64,000 nt of DNA from Phallusia mammillata (taxonomy: Eukaryota), in assembly GCA_965637545.1 (NCBI GenBank), contig OZ281496.1:29202001-29266000 (forward strand), read 5' to 3'. A program made the translations under genes and the position numbers. Positions 61,516 to 64,000 of the stretch are shown one piece after another. Every line of letters begins with the position of its first letter. The stretch's first letter is position 1. Below the pieces are notes generated by a model. The model was not told the DNA's origin, did not search any database, and was given only the letters and a program-made list of their open reading frames with translations.

Positions 61516-63714
61516 TCATTCTTCAGTTATTGGTCCAGATTTTGGAAATCGAATTTCTTTTCTCAGCTGCGTCTGTGTCCAGGGAACGTCCTTATTATCT
61601 TCCTTCATTAGTTTTCTAACTTTGGTGAGTATCTAAACAATTAAATCTAAATGTTCAATCACCAGAATAAAATTTAGCCTAAATTATGTTGCATCATTGA
61701 ACACTTATCAAAAGACGTCTTTACCCATCCCTTTATTTCCCACATGTAGTTTTCTTTCAGTTCTACTCAAAATAGTTTATATCTACACGTTCCCTTCGAA
61801 ATACCTTATTGTTTTCCTTAATAGTTTTGCCCTTCTCGAAAATCACTGTATAATTTTCGAACTAGACTGGAAAGAAAAAGTTTGGCTTAGTGGGCAGAGC
61901 GACACCTATCGATAAGCGTTCAATATCAAATTCAACACTAGGTTATGTTTTGATGGCACAAGCCTTGCCTAAAACCTTGAAATGAGCACGCCTGTTCTAC
62001 AATATTAATGCTTTACGGGATCTGTCTCTTTTATAGTAGGTAAGTTGATGTCTTCCACGATCACTGAAGCATACTGTTTACAGTTTTTAGAGACTGACGA
62101 TGCCTGCATAGGAATAAATCCGCTTAAACGGGTGTGTGGGGACCTATTCGTTTTTGCTTGCAAAAAAATCATATGTGTAGTTTAAATGATGTGTATAGTA
62201 AATATCTAACAATGATTGTGCCCTATTTTTACTGTTACCAAATCGCATATGCATATGTGTGGGGACCCATTAGATTATGCTTGCAGAAACAATTATGTTA
62301 TAAAATGCCAGGAAAAAGATAGGGACCCAATGAAATGTAGGTGCCAAATATATATCCATTATAAATATAGTAAATTGTATATGTGATACATCGTTAAATA
62401 TGATGTAGTATATATAAACTGGCAATATATAGGAAAACAACTATTCTAGTTTTTAACAACTTCTTGTGTGCTGATTTTAAATGAGAAGCATTTGCATCTT
62501 TATTGTTACTTACTGTTGTACATTACTGTACAGTACAATTACCTTAAACAAGTCGTAATATTCTTGATGCCCATCAGATGCAACACATTGAAGCAACGCG
62601 TCATAAAATGCAGATATGCCCTCTCTGGTTGGATTGTTTCCCAATCCTGAAACAATACAAGACTCTTTCAGTGATTAAAACTTTCAGTGACCTGTTAATG
62701 TTTACTTGCAACGAAATGCCAAATTATATCTTTCGTTTTTAGCAACGAAAATGGAACAGTCTTTTCTCTGTCACTTATTGACGTTTACCTGCTGACGAAA
62801 ACGTGATTAAAACATCTGCATCCGGATGGTGGTAAGTTTCATTAGATTCCAGGTTATCTTTAATAGGATCGGTTGTCCATTGCACATTTGATTTCTAGTG
62901 AAGCAAAAACACTCTTTGGCGTTATATTTTCTATGATATATGTTAAAATATAATTACATGTTTAGCAAAACTAAAAGGATGATTTAGGGGATATCGCCAG
63001 TTTAAATTAACGTACACCAAGCCTATTAGAGGCGTTATAACGAATCAAGCAGTCACCCAAGCATACCTAAGCTTAAATGGCAAGGCATTGTCTCAACTAA
63101 ACAAATCCAGCGTTGGGATCGGAAACCACGCTAGGCCTGGTCAGTTACCAACGCTACTTCGATTGTAAGCCCTCCTGATTGTCACAAGTACCATTGCTAG
63201 TCGTATGTGCAGCACATTTTAGCGATCTTTAATGCAGCGGTCGGCAACTGTCGGTCCGGGAGGAGTTCGTTACCCGGCTGTGTTCGTAACTTATTTATGT
63301 GTTTTCATTGATAAATATTTATAGTTCATTTTTTTGGAGGCCGGTCCTCGATAAAACTTTGGTTAAAAAAACGGTCCACAGTGCAAAAAAGGTTGCCGCC
63401 GGTCCGACCATTCCCCTATAACTACGAATGATGATTCATTATTTAACGTGGCTGTAGGTGTATTTTACGAATTACCAGTTGTTTCGTTCCTACACTTTCT
63501 TTTTATTACACGTTTGCGTTTACATGTTTTCTTACCTGAACAAAAAACAACTTTGGTTTCCCGCACCATTGTGCGCTTCCTCGCACCAATGAAGTCACTT
63601 CGCTAAGGTTGTAAGTTTCCTTTTCGTGTTCAAGAACAAACTTGTCGTGTTTATTGTCGTCCGATATAATGGCACACACAAAACAGGATTTGTCTTCACA
63701 ATTATCCTGCACAT
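61516..63714 (-). CDS. Gene F: 3' part (pseudocaspase exons) of an E-like family member; 5' part beyond the right edge
   Basis: Exons 63714-63536, 62894-62789, 62646-62543, 61632-61516, open. CFVCAIISDD, GKPKLFFVQ|KSN, HPDADVLITFS, GISAFYDALL, PWTQTQLRKEIRFPKSGPITEE*. Upstream domains are inferred from paralogs only. Confidence 0.85.
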
Positions 63715-63791
63715 CTAAAAACGTAATAAGTTAAGGTTTGCATTCAGAAAAAAGTTTTGCATTCGTTTTAAAGGCACGTGTTTTATAAATA

Positions 63792-63860
63792 AGCGGTTCT
63801 CAAACTGTAGTACGCGTACCACTAGCGGCACTCCGGTGCTTTTTGACTGGTACGCGAGTA
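63792..63860. mobile_element. Left end of a hAT-type MITE in gene F intron
   Basis: AGCGGTTCTCAAACTGTAGTACGCGTACCAC...TGGTACGCG resembles hAT MITE termini; the other end was not identified. Confidence 0.4.
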
Positions 63861-64000
63861 CCTTTATGCCATACCCAATAAGTCAAATCAATAATTACAA
63901 CAACTCAACAGACCCAAATGATCAGCCCTGGTTTACAGCGAAACTAGCGTCTTTGTTTTGGAATTGCCAACCTTGCTGGTGTCATTAAAAACAGGTCAAC

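Noticed and set aside
63715-64000. Further gene F exon at the right edge
   Set aside because: Only intron-like DNA and a MITE end are visible; no match to the WGF..N.K exon.

Overview
AT-rich, intron-dense animal (non-prokaryotic) genomic DNA; the very short introns are compatible with a compact invertebrate genome such as an ascidian, but the species cannot be fixed from the sequence. Most of the window is a head-to-tail, minus-strand array of one multi-exon gene family that the ORF track fragments. Manual splicing gives the same architecture in each copy: a short acidic N-terminus, one or two Cys-rich domains with the signature of the P2X7 cytoplasmic ballast (nanor/KolX-like Zn domain), a catalytically intact caspase domain (SHG + QACRG, both P1-Asp arginines), and a second, catalytically dead caspase domain. 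Three copies are complete and open (B 7925-13170, C 15501-19869, E 34590-41125) and two run off the window edges (A, F). D is frameshifted and has an RTE LINE inside an exon. G, H and F' are fragments. Between the genes are orphan promoter/exon-1 cassettes, a near-perfect 2.68 kb tandem duplication, a degenerate CR1/L2-type LINE, hAT non-autonomous elements and a tRNA-derived SINE. The main candidate novel system is this expanding family of ballast-caspase-pseudocaspase proteins, which resemble a single-chain caspase-8/cFLIP pair under a P2X7-ballast-like prodomain. All domain calls are from motifs recognised by eye; no database search was run.
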